A DNA stretch of 64,000 nt from Octopus sinensis. Lineage: Eukaryota. The notes beneath the pieces were generated by a model. It ran no database searches and was not told the DNA's origin. It saw only the letters and a list, made by a program, of their open reading frames with translations. The stretch lies in NCBI RefSeq assembly GCF_006345805.1, contig NC_042998.1, positions 67,704,001-67,768,000 on the forward strand, written 5' to 3'. Within the stretch, counting starts at the first letter, position 1, and each line of letters opens with the position of its first letter. Shown piece after piece: positions 38,936 to 52,953 of this stretch. A program made the translations under genes and the position numbers.

Positions 38936-39059
38936 GTTGTGTATAATAATATTAACAACAACAACGAAGTAGAAGAACAACAACAATAATAACAATGCTC
39001 TAGTTATCAGGAAGACAAGAAATGGAAATAGAATTGAAAAAAGATGCTAATGAAAACAA

Positions 39060-39064
39060 TAATG

Positions 39065-39126
<62 letters not shown>

Positions 39127-39165
39127 TAATATTATTATTATTATTATCATTATTATTATCTTGAT
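39060..39165. repeat. (TAA)n/(TTA)n microsatellite
   Basis: Direct reading. Confidence 0.95.
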
Positions 39166-39169
39166 GCAA

Positions 39170-39665
39170 TATCTGGCAGTTGCTCACATGGCTTCTGCTC
39201 ATAGCTGATTGGAAGTGTTACCATGCCTACAGCAAATATTCTTCTCAATACCACAGATTTGCTTGTCAGTTGCTTGACCTTAACCAGCTTAGAATGTTTT
39301 TTAGTGTCTGATGATATGTGCATCTCTGATCATGAGCAGGAGTAGTGGCGAAGCATCACATTCATGCGTTGAATGGAATTTTGGTGGGGTTTGAATAACT
39401 CACCCCAGGAAATGTGGGTGTTTCGTTCATCATACTTAGCCTCCTTTTTTTTTAGTTGAATTGGCAACACGACCTGAAGAAAATTCTTACTGGGCCTCAC
39501 CTGCAAGGTTATGTGTTGTTTATCTTGATTCGAGGTCACCATGTGATGTATGTGCCTGGTGAATCCTAAGCAGACGAGTTGGCACGATGGGCACATTGGG
39601 ATTCGATCGTATATTTGTCCCTCAGAGTCACTTTGATAGCATGTGTTGCTTTCTCACCGAACAAT
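39170..39665 (+). repeat. Unclassified interspersed repeat (partial second copy 41045-41232)
   Basis: Shared blocks GTTTGAAT.A.TCACC, GAAGAAAATTCT.ACTG, CTGCAAGG..ATGTG.TGTTTATCT, CACCATGT. Confidence 0.7.
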
Positions 39666-40734
39666 AAAAAAGTAAAAAGAAGAAGAAGAACAGCAACAAC
39701 AATAAGATCAACAAAAGCAGCAGCAGCATCAACAACATCCAACTTTGTATTGTTTGAAACTATGAGACTGAAGATTCGAAATAGTATATACTTCATAATT
39801 GGACAGACGAAGACCCGAAACCACAAATTTAATGTAAGAATTTATAAAAGGAATTCTGAGAAGAAAATCGGATCAATATAAGACGTGCATGAAGAACGTT
39901 GGCGCAAAAGGCACTAATTGTTTTGATAAATATGAGATATGACATATTAGATTGATCAAACAAGCGGATCAATGGAAGTAATTGTCCCATGTTAGCATGG
40001 ACAGTGCTAAGCCAGAACATATGTGGCTTAAAAGATGAATTAATGCAATATTATACATCTATAATTTATGTTGAATCACGATAGCAATTATAGAAAAACA
40101 GAAAATCTCTATCGTATCTTATAGCCGAAACTGACATCGCAAATTTACGTCACATGTGAATATTTATTCTTATGCAATATACAAACCAATAATTTCATGC
40201 CCGTTGGGGGTGGGAATAGAAGAGTTGTTAGAGCAATGCAAGAAGCTTTACACCATTTGTTCAGAATCTTTACATTCGAAGTTCAAGTTCGGGCAAGGTT
40301 AGAACAACTTTGTCTTTCGCCCTTTCGACGTCGATAAAAAATAAGTACCAGTATTGGAACAGTGGTATCCACAAAGCCCTACTTACCCTCAAACTTGCTA
40401 GTCTTATGCCTAAATCAGAAACTATAGGTTCAAATCAAACTGAGGTCAACTGGGTTTTTTTTATCCTTTCGGGGTTGATAAATAAAATGCCACTCAACCT
40501 CTCCTCTCGAAGTAGTTGGTCTCATACTTAAATCAGAAACCATGCGTTCAAGTCATTCCGACTTCTACTTCACCTTACATTTTCGCGTCTTGTTCCTAAA
40601 TAAGAAACTATAACTTCCAATGACGCTAGGGCCAACTGTGTCTTTTATCGTTTGGGGGTTTATAAAATAAAGTGCATCTTAACATCTCAAAATAGCTGGT
40701 CTTAAATCAGAAACTATGCGTTCAAAACACTCCG

Positions 40735-40905
40735 ACTTCAGTTCTATATTTAAGAGATGAGGAATTATGTACATTATTTACATTATTTACAGTTGACGGA
40801 TATTTGTCCTCATCTTGTTTCGGCTGATATACCCTCCAGCCTTCATTAGGTATCTTGTGGAAATTTCGAACCTGGGTTCTCATTCCTAAGGTATTTTTTG
40901 ATGTT
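40735..40905 (-). mobile_element. Hammerhead mini-element, inactivated copy
   Basis: Minus: GATAC CTAATGA A GGCTG gagggtatat CAGCC GAAAC then a deletion; homologous to 41229-41345. Confidence 0.7.
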
Positions 40906-40912
40906 GTTATCA

Positions 40913-40955
<43 letters not shown>

Positions 40956-40964
40956 CATTACTAT

Positions 40965-41043
40965 TCAGGACACTGCCTGGAATCGAACTCAGAATCTTGG
41001 GATTAGTAGCCTGCGCTCTTCACCACTACGGGCATATGGCGTA
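40965..41043 (-). mobile_element. tRNA-derived SINE head fragment
   Basis: Minus strand GAGTTCGATTCC B box and upstream CCGTAGTGG A-box-like; no complete cloverleaf. Confidence 0.6.
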
Positions 41044-41228
41044 GTTTGAATGATTCACCTCTGGAAACAACAGAGATTTCGTTCAACATCCGTAAACAAC
41101 CCTTATTCAGGGACCTTTTGAGTTACTCGACTAGAAGAAAATTCTAACTGAACCCCATCTGCAAGGCCATGTGCTGTTTATCTGGATATGATACCACCAT
41201 GTTGCACACATATGGTTGTGACGCATGT

Positions 41229-41345
41229 ACCCAGGTTCGAAATTTCCACAAGACACCTCATGAAGGCTGGAGGTTACGTCAGCCGAAACCTTGTGTTAAC
41301 AAACAAGATGAGGACAAGTATCCGTCAAGTGTAAATAATGTTCAC
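41229..41345 (+). mobile_element. Hammerhead mini-element, inactivated copy
   Basis: GACAC CTCATGA A GGCTG (10 nt) CAGCC GAA ACCT T GTGTT at 41252-41297; G5C and broken stem III palindrome. Confidence 0.75.
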
Positions 41346-42039
41346 TACGGATTCTACTTCACCTTCCAAAATAAAAGTACTAGTGAATCTTTGTGGTCAT
41401 TATCTTCGACAAACCAGCCTCCCTAAACAAAAAACCCTGCGCCTAAGCAAAACATCCTGTACTCACATTTCGTCAAGATCAACAATACTTTCACTTATTC
41501 GGGTCGATAAAATAAAGTACCGCCAAAGTAACGAAGTCGAGAATTATAAAATATGCCTTGTTCCTTATACCGCTATCAAGAATACATAACTTCATGCTGG
41601 GATTGAAAAACAAGGTAGTCCATGAGATAAGACGTCAGATAGCCATGTAGGCGATTCGGTTTCCAATCCAAGTTGAGAATAATTCACAAAGAGTTAGGAA
41701 CCTCTCGCGAGTACATTTCTTACTATTTTTTTTAACTTGCTTTTTGGTGATTTTCTAAAACAATAATTATTTGTCTTTATATTCTTATTTAGAATATTTT
41801 GATACGTCAACGCAAACTACGTAATCGTTAAATTTCGGAAAAGCTTCGCAAACTTGTACAGAATTATACGGCGTATTTTGGCAACTAGCCAAATTTTTAC
41901 CGCTATATTTCAAAACTTTGAACTGAAGTATATGTATACAAACACTTGGACTGACATCTTATAAAAACATCCATCCATTCATCCATACATATATCAATCT
42001 ATCTACGTCCCCCACCCTCTCTCCCCCCCTCTCCGTCTT

Positions 42040-42140
<101 letters not shown>

Positions 42141-42664
42141 CACATAAATTTATATGTATATGTACATACGAACACACACTTGGGTATATATATACATATA
42201 GATATGTATATAATATGTATACATACATATATTTATACATATATATATATAAATGTATAAATGTATACATATATATATATATACATATATCCATGTAATA
42301 CTAATATGTATGTTTGTGTATATATGTACATACATACTTATATGAATTAATATGTGTGTATGTGTGTGTGTACGTTTGTATGTAAACACTCATAGAATGT
42401 CAAAGAAAATGGAGAAGGAACAACAGAATTTGGCAAAAGGTTTCCATGTCAGATTCGGGGTTTTGCCCTTTTCCCTCACAAACTCTATCAGTTGAAGTCT
42501 ATTGTACAATGTATTTTCTGTTGTAACCAGCTAAAGTAATTATTTTGTCAAACTTTCACAAAATGTCTAATTTTGATTTTTTTCTTTTCACTTGTTTTTT
42601 TGTAGGTAAGTACCATTAAAATTTGGACAGCTCTCTTAAAGCATCATGAATTCGTTTTGTAAGT

Positions 42665-42691
42665 CTATTATTATTATTATTATCATTATTA

Positions 42692-42731
<40 letters not shown>

Positions 42732-42845
42732 TGCTACTACTACTACTATTATTGTTGCTGTTGGTGGTGGTGGTGGTGGTTGTGTTTTCTTTATATTGTG
42801 TACCTGCTGTTGTTGTTGCTGCTGTTTCTGTTGTACTGAACATTA
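42665..42845. repeat. Compound (ATT)n/(GGT)n/(TGT)n microsatellite
   Basis: Direct reading. Confidence 0.95.
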
Positions 42846-42914
42846 TTATTAGTGCGTTTGATGAAAAACGAAATGGCGTCGTTGTTGATGTCATTTGTGT
42901 TGTATTATTCAGGT

Positions 42915-43805
42915 AGCTTTCGTCTGCCTCTATATTGGAGTTCAAATTCTGCGGAGGTCGACTTTGCTTTTCATCCTTTCGGGGTTGATAAATTAAGCGC
43001 CAGTTGCGTACTGGTGTCGATCTAATCGACTAGCCCTCTCCATAAAACTTTCGGACCTTGTGCCTAGAGTAGAAAAGACTATTCAGGTAGCGTAATACGG
43101 TGAGCTGGCAGAAACGTTAGCACGGCGGGCGAAATACTTAGCGGTATTTCGTCTGCCGCTACGTTCTGAGTTCAATTTCCGCCGAGGTCGACTTTGCCTT
43201 TCATCCTTTCGGGGTCGATTAAATAAGTACCAGTTACGCACTGGGGTCGATGTAATCGACTTAATCTGTTTTCTGTCCTTGTTTGTCTCCTCTGTTTTTA
43301 GCCCTTTGTGGGTGGTAAAGAAATAGGTATTTCGTCTGCCGTTACGTCCTGAGTTCAAATTACGCCGATGTCGACTTAGCCTTTCATCCTTTCGGGGTGG
43401 ATAAATTAAGTACCATTTACACACTGGGGTCGATGTAATCGACTTAATCCCTTTGTCTATCCTTATTTATCTCCTCTATCGTTAGCCCTTTGTGGGCATA
43501 AAGAAATAAGAAACGTTAGCACGCCGGGCGAAATACTTAGCTTTTGATGTGTTGCTACTCATATTTTCGTATTATTATTGATTTTATTAATGCGATGTGC
43601 TGGCAGAAAAGTTACCTCACCGGACAAAATGACAAAATGAGACATTTCGTCTGTCTTTTTGTTCTAAGTTCAAATTCCGCTAGGGCCCCAGCCGTTCATC
43701 CGTTCGGAGTTGTTAAATTAAGTACCAGTTGAGTACTGGGGTCGATGTACCCAACTCATCTCCTCCACAAAATGTCAGGCCTTGAGCCTGTAATAGAAAA
43801 GGATT
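42915..43805 (+). mobile_element. Cluster/concatemer of SINE family B copies
   Basis: 42915-43082 (tail 2), 43086-43325 (full, tail 1), 43326-43507 (restart), 43509-43541 (head fragment), 43645-43803 (tail 2). Confidence 0.9.
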
Positions 43806-43922
43806 ACTATTATCATTATCAAATCTATTGATATTAATATTATTGTTATTGTTAACGCTATCATTATTACTACCATTATTATAATTAACTTTCGTAGTTG
43901 ATTAAATACGTATTAAATAATG

Positions 43923-44303
43923 TGGAGGCGTATTGGCCCAGTGGTTAGGGTAGCGAACTTGCGGTCGTAGGCTCGTGATTTCGATTCACAGACCGGGTGT
44001 TGTGAGTGTTTATTGAGCGAAAACACCCAAAGCTCCACGAAGCTCCGGCAGGGGTTGATGGCGAACCCTGCTGTACTCTTTCGCCACAACTTTCTATCAC
44101 TCTTTCTTCGTGATTCTATTGTACTCGTAATTCAAAGGACCAGCCTTGTCACACTGTGTCACGCTGAAACTCCCTGAGAACTACATTAAGGGTACACATG
44201 TCTGTTGAGTGCTCAGCCACTTGCACGTTAATTTCACCAGCAGGCTGTTCCGTTGATCGGTTCAAAATGGAACACCCTCGTCGTTGTAACCGACGGAGTG
44301 CCA
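43923..44303 (+). mobile_element. tRNA-derived SINE family C, full length
   Basis: TGGCCCAGTGGTTAG A box, GATTTCGATTC B-box-like; colinear with 60259-60637. Confidence 0.9.
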
Positions 44304-44429
44304 TGAAGATTAAACAATAATCGACTTAATCCCCTGCCCCAAGCTGCCCTTGCTGCAAAAAATTTAAAATCATTATGATTATAATTGGTATTATCATTAT
44401 TGTTTCCAAACCTGTGAGGTGACAGAATC

Positions 44430-44600
44430 GTTTAAGGAATTTCGTCCGTCTTTACGTTCTGAATTCAAATTTCACCGTGTTCCACTTTGCTTTTCATCTT
44501 TTCGGGATCGATAAAGTAAATTCCGGTTGAGTACTGGGACTGATGATATGATAGACACCTTCCTTTCCCTAAATTTGCTGGCCTTGTACCAAAAGTTTAT
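44430..44600 (+). mobile_element. SINE family B, old copy
   Basis: TTACGTTCTGAATTCAAATT..TTTGCTTTTCATCTTTTCGGGATCGATAAA..GCTGGCCTTGTACC. Confidence 0.75.
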
Positions 44601-47084
44601 GTCATTTTTTTTTCCTCGAAAAAATTATTATATAACCACTTACAAATATACTAAAAAGTATATTTATGAACAAGATGTTTAACCGTTTCCACGTGATCCA
44701 TAACTGATGACAAAAATATTTTTCTCGGGCTTAAGGCGTGCAATGTTTTGAAAAAGTAAATTGAGAGGAAGATATAAGAGACAGCAAAGGATAGTATCTC
44801 TGGAGGAAAAGTATTAAGCTATGATTTTGTTATGTTTAAATGCTAAAGAGAGGATGAATTGTGTCATGTGAGAAGAGTGCGTATTTAGAGTATTGAGAAA
44901 CTATGTACATACCCCAAACCGGGCATACTGCTATTGAAATCAGGTGTATTAGTTTTATTATAATGTTATTTGAGTTTTGTTTGTAATAAAAACATGTAGC
45001 TACATGGTGTCTGAAAATAGCTTCTGCTCATCCTTAGTCAGAGGATAAGCTAGTGTTCTAGCGCTATCTCAGGGCTTCTGGAGTTGCTGGGTAAAAAGGG
45101 GAGACAAATGTCCTCAAACTGGATATCTTGCTCGAATGCTTGCAATAAAGTGGACTTAGCTAAAAGCACCCAGGTTCTTAAACCGGTAAGCTGGTCAAAT
45201 GTACCACCCATATAAGCTATGGCATGATTCGAACTCAGAACGCAGAGAGCTACAGCAAATACTGCTCGCCAATCTCAAGTTAGGCAAAGCAATCTAATTT
45301 AGATAAAGCTGCCACATCCCCACCTGTTGGAAATTTTGGCAGAATGTCTGATATGTGAAAATGTATTTATTTTATATTCCAAAGTTTGTGAAAATAGTGT
45401 CACAGGTTACAGTCAATAGAATAAATTACTGGTACTCGAAGTTTCTAATGTTGTAGATGACAATAAAAAGTCTATAATTTGGTGTGGAATAAAAAGCATG
45501 AAGAAATTCGTTCGGAGAACTTCGGTCTTTTTCCCTTCTCGCCGAGAATCCGACCGTTCGCCAATGTAACTTGATATAATGTATACGCATTTATATTAAT
45601 ATAAATATAGACTACAGTTACCGAGTCTTTAGCAGTCATAAATATATGCTACCGTTTCCACTGATTCATTGCGAGCTTCTTAGCTACACAGCTATAATTT
45701 ACTTCTTAGTAGTGATAAATATCCCGAAGCTAATACTCAAGCGTTTACATATCCATAACACTTAAACCATATCAACTCATTACCCTTGAGTATACATACC
45801 AAATGTAATTCAGTGTGGAATAGATTACTACTGTAAGTATAATTTAACGAGTAAGTTAATAGGAAATACTCCAGATGCACATACACAGCACAATAGATCA
45901 TAAATAATTTTCTTTTGATTAGTACTACCAAAAAAAAAAATCAGAATATCAATTCCATGGATCGTTGTGTATCGAGAAAAGATTATATATTTCAGACGAA
46001 AAAAATATAATTAAGAGAACATAAATTGAAAGACACACTACCACACGCAAACGGATAAACCATTGGATGTTCCATGACTTATTTCTTCATCTGTCAGCTT
46101 ACGGAGGACATAATATCTTTCAAATCAAATAATAATTGGAGCTGTTACTCCTTACAGGGATATTGTGGCCATTAGGGTTTCAACATACCTTCTCCCTTAA
46201 AGTGAATGCAACACAAATAAGGTCCGTTCAAGGTTATCTGCAGTTCCATTTGCTTCATGAAGTCAGAAAGAGCGCAATTACCAACCAAAATATATGACTG
46301 GTACTTTATTTTAACGTTCTTAGGAAAAGAAAAAACAAAGTTAGTGTTGGCAATATTTGAACAGAGAAAGCATTATACCAAAACCTATACACACAGCTTG
46401 TTTTATTTTGTACAACAACTTGATATTTTCGACAAACTATCATCGCAGCATAGACTAGTGTAACTTAAGAAGTTGTTGACTTTCTCCAATAAAATATAGC
46501 TAAATACTATCAGGATGAATATCTCAGCGCTCAGCATAGCAGTAACATATATAAGTGTTTCATTAACGAAATGCCGAAAACATTGCCCTTTATTTTACAC
46601 TGTGAGAAAACAATTTTCTCAGTAACTTAGTACCAAGTTGTCTTCGATTTTTAACGAACTCCATATACTAGCAAATGTCTTGAAGTGAATAAACATGTCA
46701 CCTCTGTCAGAGATTCTCGCACAAATAATAATAATAATCAACATTGATCTTAAACCTTTAAATCACTACTACTTATTTTATGTTCATTTGGGACCACGAC
46801 AAATTGTTCTCTGTATTACAGGTATATTATTTATGTCTATAACCATCCATGTTATGAGTAGATTCTGCAATATATATTACAGGTAATTGAATTATCTTAA
46901 CTTCCTAAAAACTGAAGCTATAACACAATAATCCTATAGAATAGTGATCAAGTATGTGAGAGTGTTGCAACAAGAACACTCATACCACAAATTGACTAGC
47001 AGCAGCAGCAACACTATCAACATCAAGAGCTAAATTTTATAACCCTCATCAGCGTTTCACTATTAGTAACTTGATAGTATTATT

Positions 47085-47275
47085 CGTTCCTACTCAAGAC
47101 ACAAGGCCCGAAATTTTGTGGGAGGGGCCCAGTCGATTAGATCGACCCTAGTACGCAACTGGTACTTAATTTATTGACGCCGAAAGGATGAAAGGTAAAG
47201 TCAGCCTCGGCGGAATTTGAACTCAGAACCTAAAGACAGCCCGGCATGCTAACGTTTCTGCCAGCTTGCGGCCTT
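47085..47275 (-). mobile_element. SINE family B (tail 2), with a head deletion
   Basis: Reverse core and GGCGGAATTTGAACTCAG B-box region. Confidence 0.85.
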
Positions 47276-48024
47276 TGTGGTGCTATTGCGTATATACGGA
47301 TCAAGACCAAATTACTTTCTGGGGGAAAGTGTTTAAAGGAGGTGAGAGAAACTATAGAATATCATTCTATGTCCGTTACAATAAAAACATTACACGATGC
47401 TTTGTGGATTCGAAGAATTCGCTCAACCAGCTAAAAATACCAACGAATCTTCTTGAAATTATTCACTACCATCAACAAATGCTTATTAAGATAATAGAAG
47501 CCTGAATGTATAATTATCAAGTTTGAATCGCCTCAGCTACGACCGAACAAAATAACAACCGTCAACTTACAAATTAACATTTCTTATCGGGATATGGAAT
47601 AATATTTAATATATACTATATTTATCTCCTTTGTTTGATATATTTTATATACTTTCCGTTTTCTTTTTTGTTTTTCTTTTTGTCTTGTTATTCAATCTCT
47701 GATGATAATACAATGCAATCAGATTGTGAGGTACTTATTTGCATAGAAAATATTTCATTACTGAAACATGTGTCACAATTTATTGAATGAGCGTTAAATC
47801 TTATCTCCATTCTTGATTTCTATTCATCGCTGTTCTTTTGAGTTTTTCTCTTGTCAAAGTATGAAGACCTCACGCTTTTAGGAGTAGGATAAATGACATG
47901 TTATAACGCACATGCTTTATTTTCTTGCGTTCACGTCGGCAGAATGTAATAAGGCAATGAATTATAACTATACATACACGCATATAGATACATGTGTGTG
48001 TCTGCGTGCATCTGTGAGCGTATA

Positions 48025-48186
48025 TAGCCTGAGCGGTTAAGAAGTTCTTTTTGGAACCACGTGGCTTCAGTTTAAACCTTACTGCGCAGAACCTAGGGCA
48101 AGTACCTTCTATTGCACCGTACCGACCAGTGCCTTCCAAGCAGATTTGATTGACGGGATGGAATATGTACGAAACCCGAATCGTAT

Positions 48187-48227
<41 letters not shown>

Positions 48228-48310
48228 TATGTTTTTGTCTATTAACCCAGCACCGATTGACAACCGGTTTCGGTTTGTTTTCATCTTAGTAAATTATTCG
48301 TTCAACAAAA
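48025..48310 (+). mobile_element. SINE family A, old diverged copy
   Basis: Degenerate head, GGGCAAGT..TTCTA, internal (TG)n, TTGACAACCG. Confidence 0.65.
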
Positions 48311-50096
48311 GACGCTACAATCATAAGTGAAGCTTCACTGTTAGTGTTTCTTTTATGGATCAGGGGATTAAGTTCTTGAATATTGCATGTTTAAGATACA
48401 TCTCTCAGTTGTGAAGTGCCAAATATGATATATTTACTGTGGAGATCGACTCCATTTTATGGAAACTCACAGCTGAATGAACTTGATGCATGGAAATAAA
48501 TGTATTAGCAATATCCTTTTCCATTTGTTAGTAGAATGCTATCTAACTTCAGTTGTCAGTCGCAAGCAAGTACGGCATGTATCATGCTTTTTGTTAATTG
48601 TTTTAAATGTCCCTATAGTCACAAAGGGGCGTGCAAACCTTCTTGACCGTCCTCAACTGACCCAGTGGATAGTTTAGGTTTTAGCAACAGGATTAAATGA
48701 AGGTTACGCCAAGAACAACAGTTGGCTGGTTTCCATTTCAGAATGAAATGTCGTGCTTTACTCAAATGAAAACTCAACGCTCAACCCATGAATCGTTATC
48801 CAAAGTCCACCATATTCTGAGTCTGAGTTCACCCAAATAACTAGGCCTTTAAGCGTCTCAGAGTTGAATGATTAAATTTTCTATGCAAGAAGTAAATGTA
48901 CTATTTAATTCCCAACTCTAACTATTGTCACTGTCGAATATTCACAAAAATAGTCTGTTATATAGCGAAGTATATAAAACTAATCTCATATATTTAGTAA
49001 CAAGCAGGCAAGGCAACGTGGTGTTTCGCTAGAAATCTGTTAGATAAATGCTGTTTTACGTCATGTAGGAGATGTAAATTTATTGCTTTTTATTACGTCA
49101 TCTGTTTTATTACGTCATCTTTGAGGTTCGGTTTATGTTTCCTGAATATACTCAGGAACATTTTAGCTAATTTAGCAGTTTACAATGATGTATATAAATC
49201 TACACGGAGACAAAGAAACAACAGATCGTCAATAAATATACACATATTTAAAGAATACAGCAATTTTAAAGAATAGAAAATATATCCGCTACAAGAATAT
49301 ATTTTTTTTAATTTCCGGAACTACAAAGATGAATATACCAAAAGGAAAGATTATAAAAAAAAGAATGAATTAAACTAAAGGCAATATTATTCAATGTTTG
49401 TATATAATACAATTTGTTTTCTTCAAAGAAGCATGATTTAGTTATTGTATTTATTTGTGACAAAATCGATATTAAGCTCTGTATTTCGTCAACAAATTAA
49501 ATTGTTTCTATCCTCAAACATTTCCCTGGATGCATTTGTAGTTGTTTGTGTTTCTGCTGCTAGTCTTGATGCTGCTGTAGTCGGTAATGTTAATGATGCT
49601 TTTATTTCTACTTCTATTGTCATGATGTGTTTTTGTTGATGGTATTGTTGTTAAAATCTACACGTTACAATAGCGAAGATGGCTGGTTGCTCTCTCTATA
49701 TAATCATACGTAGAGAATGTGAAAGTGGCTTCTCGTTGAGAAAAGATTCGTGTCAAGATAAATCATTCTAATCTTATGTATCACCTACTGAACGTTATAC
49801 ATAAGCCAAGTATTCTAAGTAAGATAGTGAACAATGAAAAGATGGATATTCCGATTTTTTTTATCACATGAACTAAAATAAAAATTAAATCCTTTCGAAA
49901 AACAAAGATGGCTCTATAGTAAATGCATTTGTTTCGCCGACCTTAGTTTCTGGGTTCGATGCGAGAGCACAGCACATCGGGTAGCTAACTTCTCTTATAG
50001 TCTTGACTTCAAAAATAATATGTGAGTAAAAGTTAGCAGAGTAAAATTGGTGAATGCCATACATACATGTATATATATATATATAAAAATTCCAAT

Positions 50097-50153
<57 letters not shown>

Positions 50154-50234
50154 GGAATTTACCAAAAAATACAAAACAAAAGACGAAGACAGGGGTGTAA
50201 ACAACAGACGTGTATTGGTTTAAGGTGAGAAAGT

Positions 50235-50270
50235 ATTTTACGTTTCGAGCCTACCCTCTTCAACAGAAAG
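50235..50270 (-). ncRNA. Minimal hammerhead motif, CUGUUGA core variant
   Basis: Minus: CTTT CTGTTGA A GAGG gtag GCTC GAA ACGT A AAAT; element 50150-50295 ends in (TA)n. Confidence 0.7.
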
Positions 50271-50377
50271 GAACACGAGGAAATATACAGAGAATAACAA
50301 AAGCTTTAGTGTCTAGCGGTCGATCATGGTGATATATATACATATATATATATATGTGTGTGCGTGTGTGTGTGTGA

Positions 50378-50415
<38 letters not shown>

Positions 50416-52881
50416 TGTGAGTATGTTTGTGTATTCCCACGTATTACTGGAGTGGACTCTTTCGATTAAAAATTCTCCAAGCGGTGACCCAGCATGGCCG
50501 CAGTCTAATGACTGAAACAAGCAAAGAATAAATGATATATTTATGTACGTGTGTGTGTGTGCGCGCGTGCGTGTATGGGTGTGTATTTGTGCGCATGTGC
50601 GCCAGTAGATTGACTTGCAAGTTGATTTCCTTCGATCGAAGCCCTTTGTAGTTTTTTTTATATTGAATCTCACCGCCAGCATTGCAGAGATCCAATGACC
50701 GACTTGTTATGTATCCGATGTTTGTTACCTACAAGGTTATCGTTCCTCGAATAAAAAAAAACAATGTGAAGGCGTGGCTGTGTGGTACGATGTTTGCTTC
50801 TCAACAAAATAGTTTCAGAGTCAGTCTCACCCGTGGCACCCTGGACATTTCTTTTCATGTAACTATACTTATGAGGAATTAACCTTCGAAAATACTTGCT
50901 ATACTTTATAAACTGTTTTTTTATAAAGATGTAATGACGTAGTGTTGAATACATCTATACACTTTTCAGTTTCCATAGCAAGTAACCAGTCTTAATGTTT
51001 GGTTACTACTGTTTAGTACTGTAACGTCCAAGGTCTTATACCTTAGTCAACTACGTTTGAGACAAATTTTAAATCAGAAATGATTCATCCGTGACCACCC
51101 TGTTATGAGACACCCAAGAATACTTATTTTATTTTCAAGACTTTGGGCGGGCAGAGTTGGAATGATTTCCATAAATGTCTGAAACGATAGTCATGACCTC
51201 GATTCCAAGAGCTGAGTGATAAGCCAAGAGATATCCCACCGAGTGTGTAAACTTGAGCGTAACGTTATCGGAATTCAACAATAAAAAGGATATAGAAAAT
51301 TAGTAAGCATAGCAGACTGAGGCAACGAGTACGAAAAGAAACGGGAAATGAATATTCCTCAAAAAAAGAAGGCACACCTCAAGAGAGGTCGAACCGAAAG
51401 AATAACGAGGAATAAGTATCACCTCTGATCTGTATGAAATTTATAGATTTTGCGCCTGTAAAAGAAAGAACAGACAGTCACAAAAATGAACTGCTGGTAG
51501 GGGGATATTACACTGGTATTGATTGAAGATACGTTCTGATTTTGTAGGACACTGGAATAATAGACACCCAGTGAAATCTATATAATCAGCTAATGTGTTT
51601 CTATGATCAGCTAATGTGTTTCTACCATGAAGTTGAGCAAAGTTTTGTACCCAGTGACTGTACCTCATACTGGTACATAGTGCAGTACGTTCATCGTCAA
51701 ATTTATGCTATCTCAGTCAATATATCGGAAAGATTATTAGTAAAGACTCCTTGTAGATAAGAAAAGCATTTGTGGCTTTTGCTATGCACAGGTAGGACAT
51801 CATCGCTTTTTTTTTTGTGCATCTGCATAGCATCTTCTGGTAAAGACGTACTTGTTTCTGTAAAACATCGTTATCGTGTACCTTTCTCACCATCTAAATG
51901 TCCAATAAACTCAGTTTGTCTGCTGCAAATATCATTTGTAAAAGACACATAGGTACTTTACCGCATACTTATCTCATTACAAATTATTGAGTGATCCTTT
52001 TTGTGAAAAACTTGACGATGCATTCTCATTGCTATTTCTGCTCTTATTGATGTTTCTAAATGCAGGGAAAATGACGATTTATACTATAACAAATGCCCTT
52101 TACTCACATATTATTCGAATATGATAATAAATGATTCATTGAAAATGAGAAATACTAGTTAATGAATGCATTCACTTAAATGCAGTTATCGGTCTATCCA
52201 TCATTTATAACCGAAGCTATGAAACAAGACACATTCTGCTGAAAGATAATTAACACTCAGAAATCACTATATTTTCTCATTACGATGAAAGAATCTCACT
52301 AAACAGTGCAGAGTTAGTACATATAGCCATCTCATCAAACGCAGACACCCAAGATATCCTGAAGATACTGATTGGAGATATACACAGATAAGTAACGACG
52401 AGATGATAGGTGTAATTGACTGATTCGCTATCTGATGCTCACAAGTTCCCCAAAACTCGTCTGTATAACACGTCTTCGGGTTAAGTTATTTTGAAGTTGT
52501 TCCGAGTATTCCCACGGTGGAGAGACGTGTATTTATGATTTGCGATTTTACTGCCTAAATATAAATATTTAATTAGCAGCAATTAAAATAAAATTTCTCG
52601 GCAAGGAATAAAAATAAATTCTCTTAGGTCTGTATATGTCCTCAGTTTATCATTTATGTAACACTTCCTAACCAGCTGCTACATTTCGTAATAATTCCAC
52701 TAATAGCAAACATATGACGATTAAAATATCCTCATATCTTACCTTGTTAAGATTGTACACACATTAAAATTGCATGAAAGGATTATTAATTTCACTAATT
52801 ATTATAGAATTATGAATGAAAAATAGAAAACCATCTGGAAGACGATCGCTCTTTCAACGATATACCTAGATTCACACACAC

Positions 52882-52953
<72 letters not shown>

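Noticed and set aside
40965-41043. tRNA gene
   Set aside because: Only A/B-box similarity without a complete cloverleaf; interpreted as a SINE head, like the other tRNA-like segments.
42616-42945. Asn/Thr/Ser-rich 109-aa ORF
   Set aside because: Compound trinucleotide microsatellite running into a SINE.
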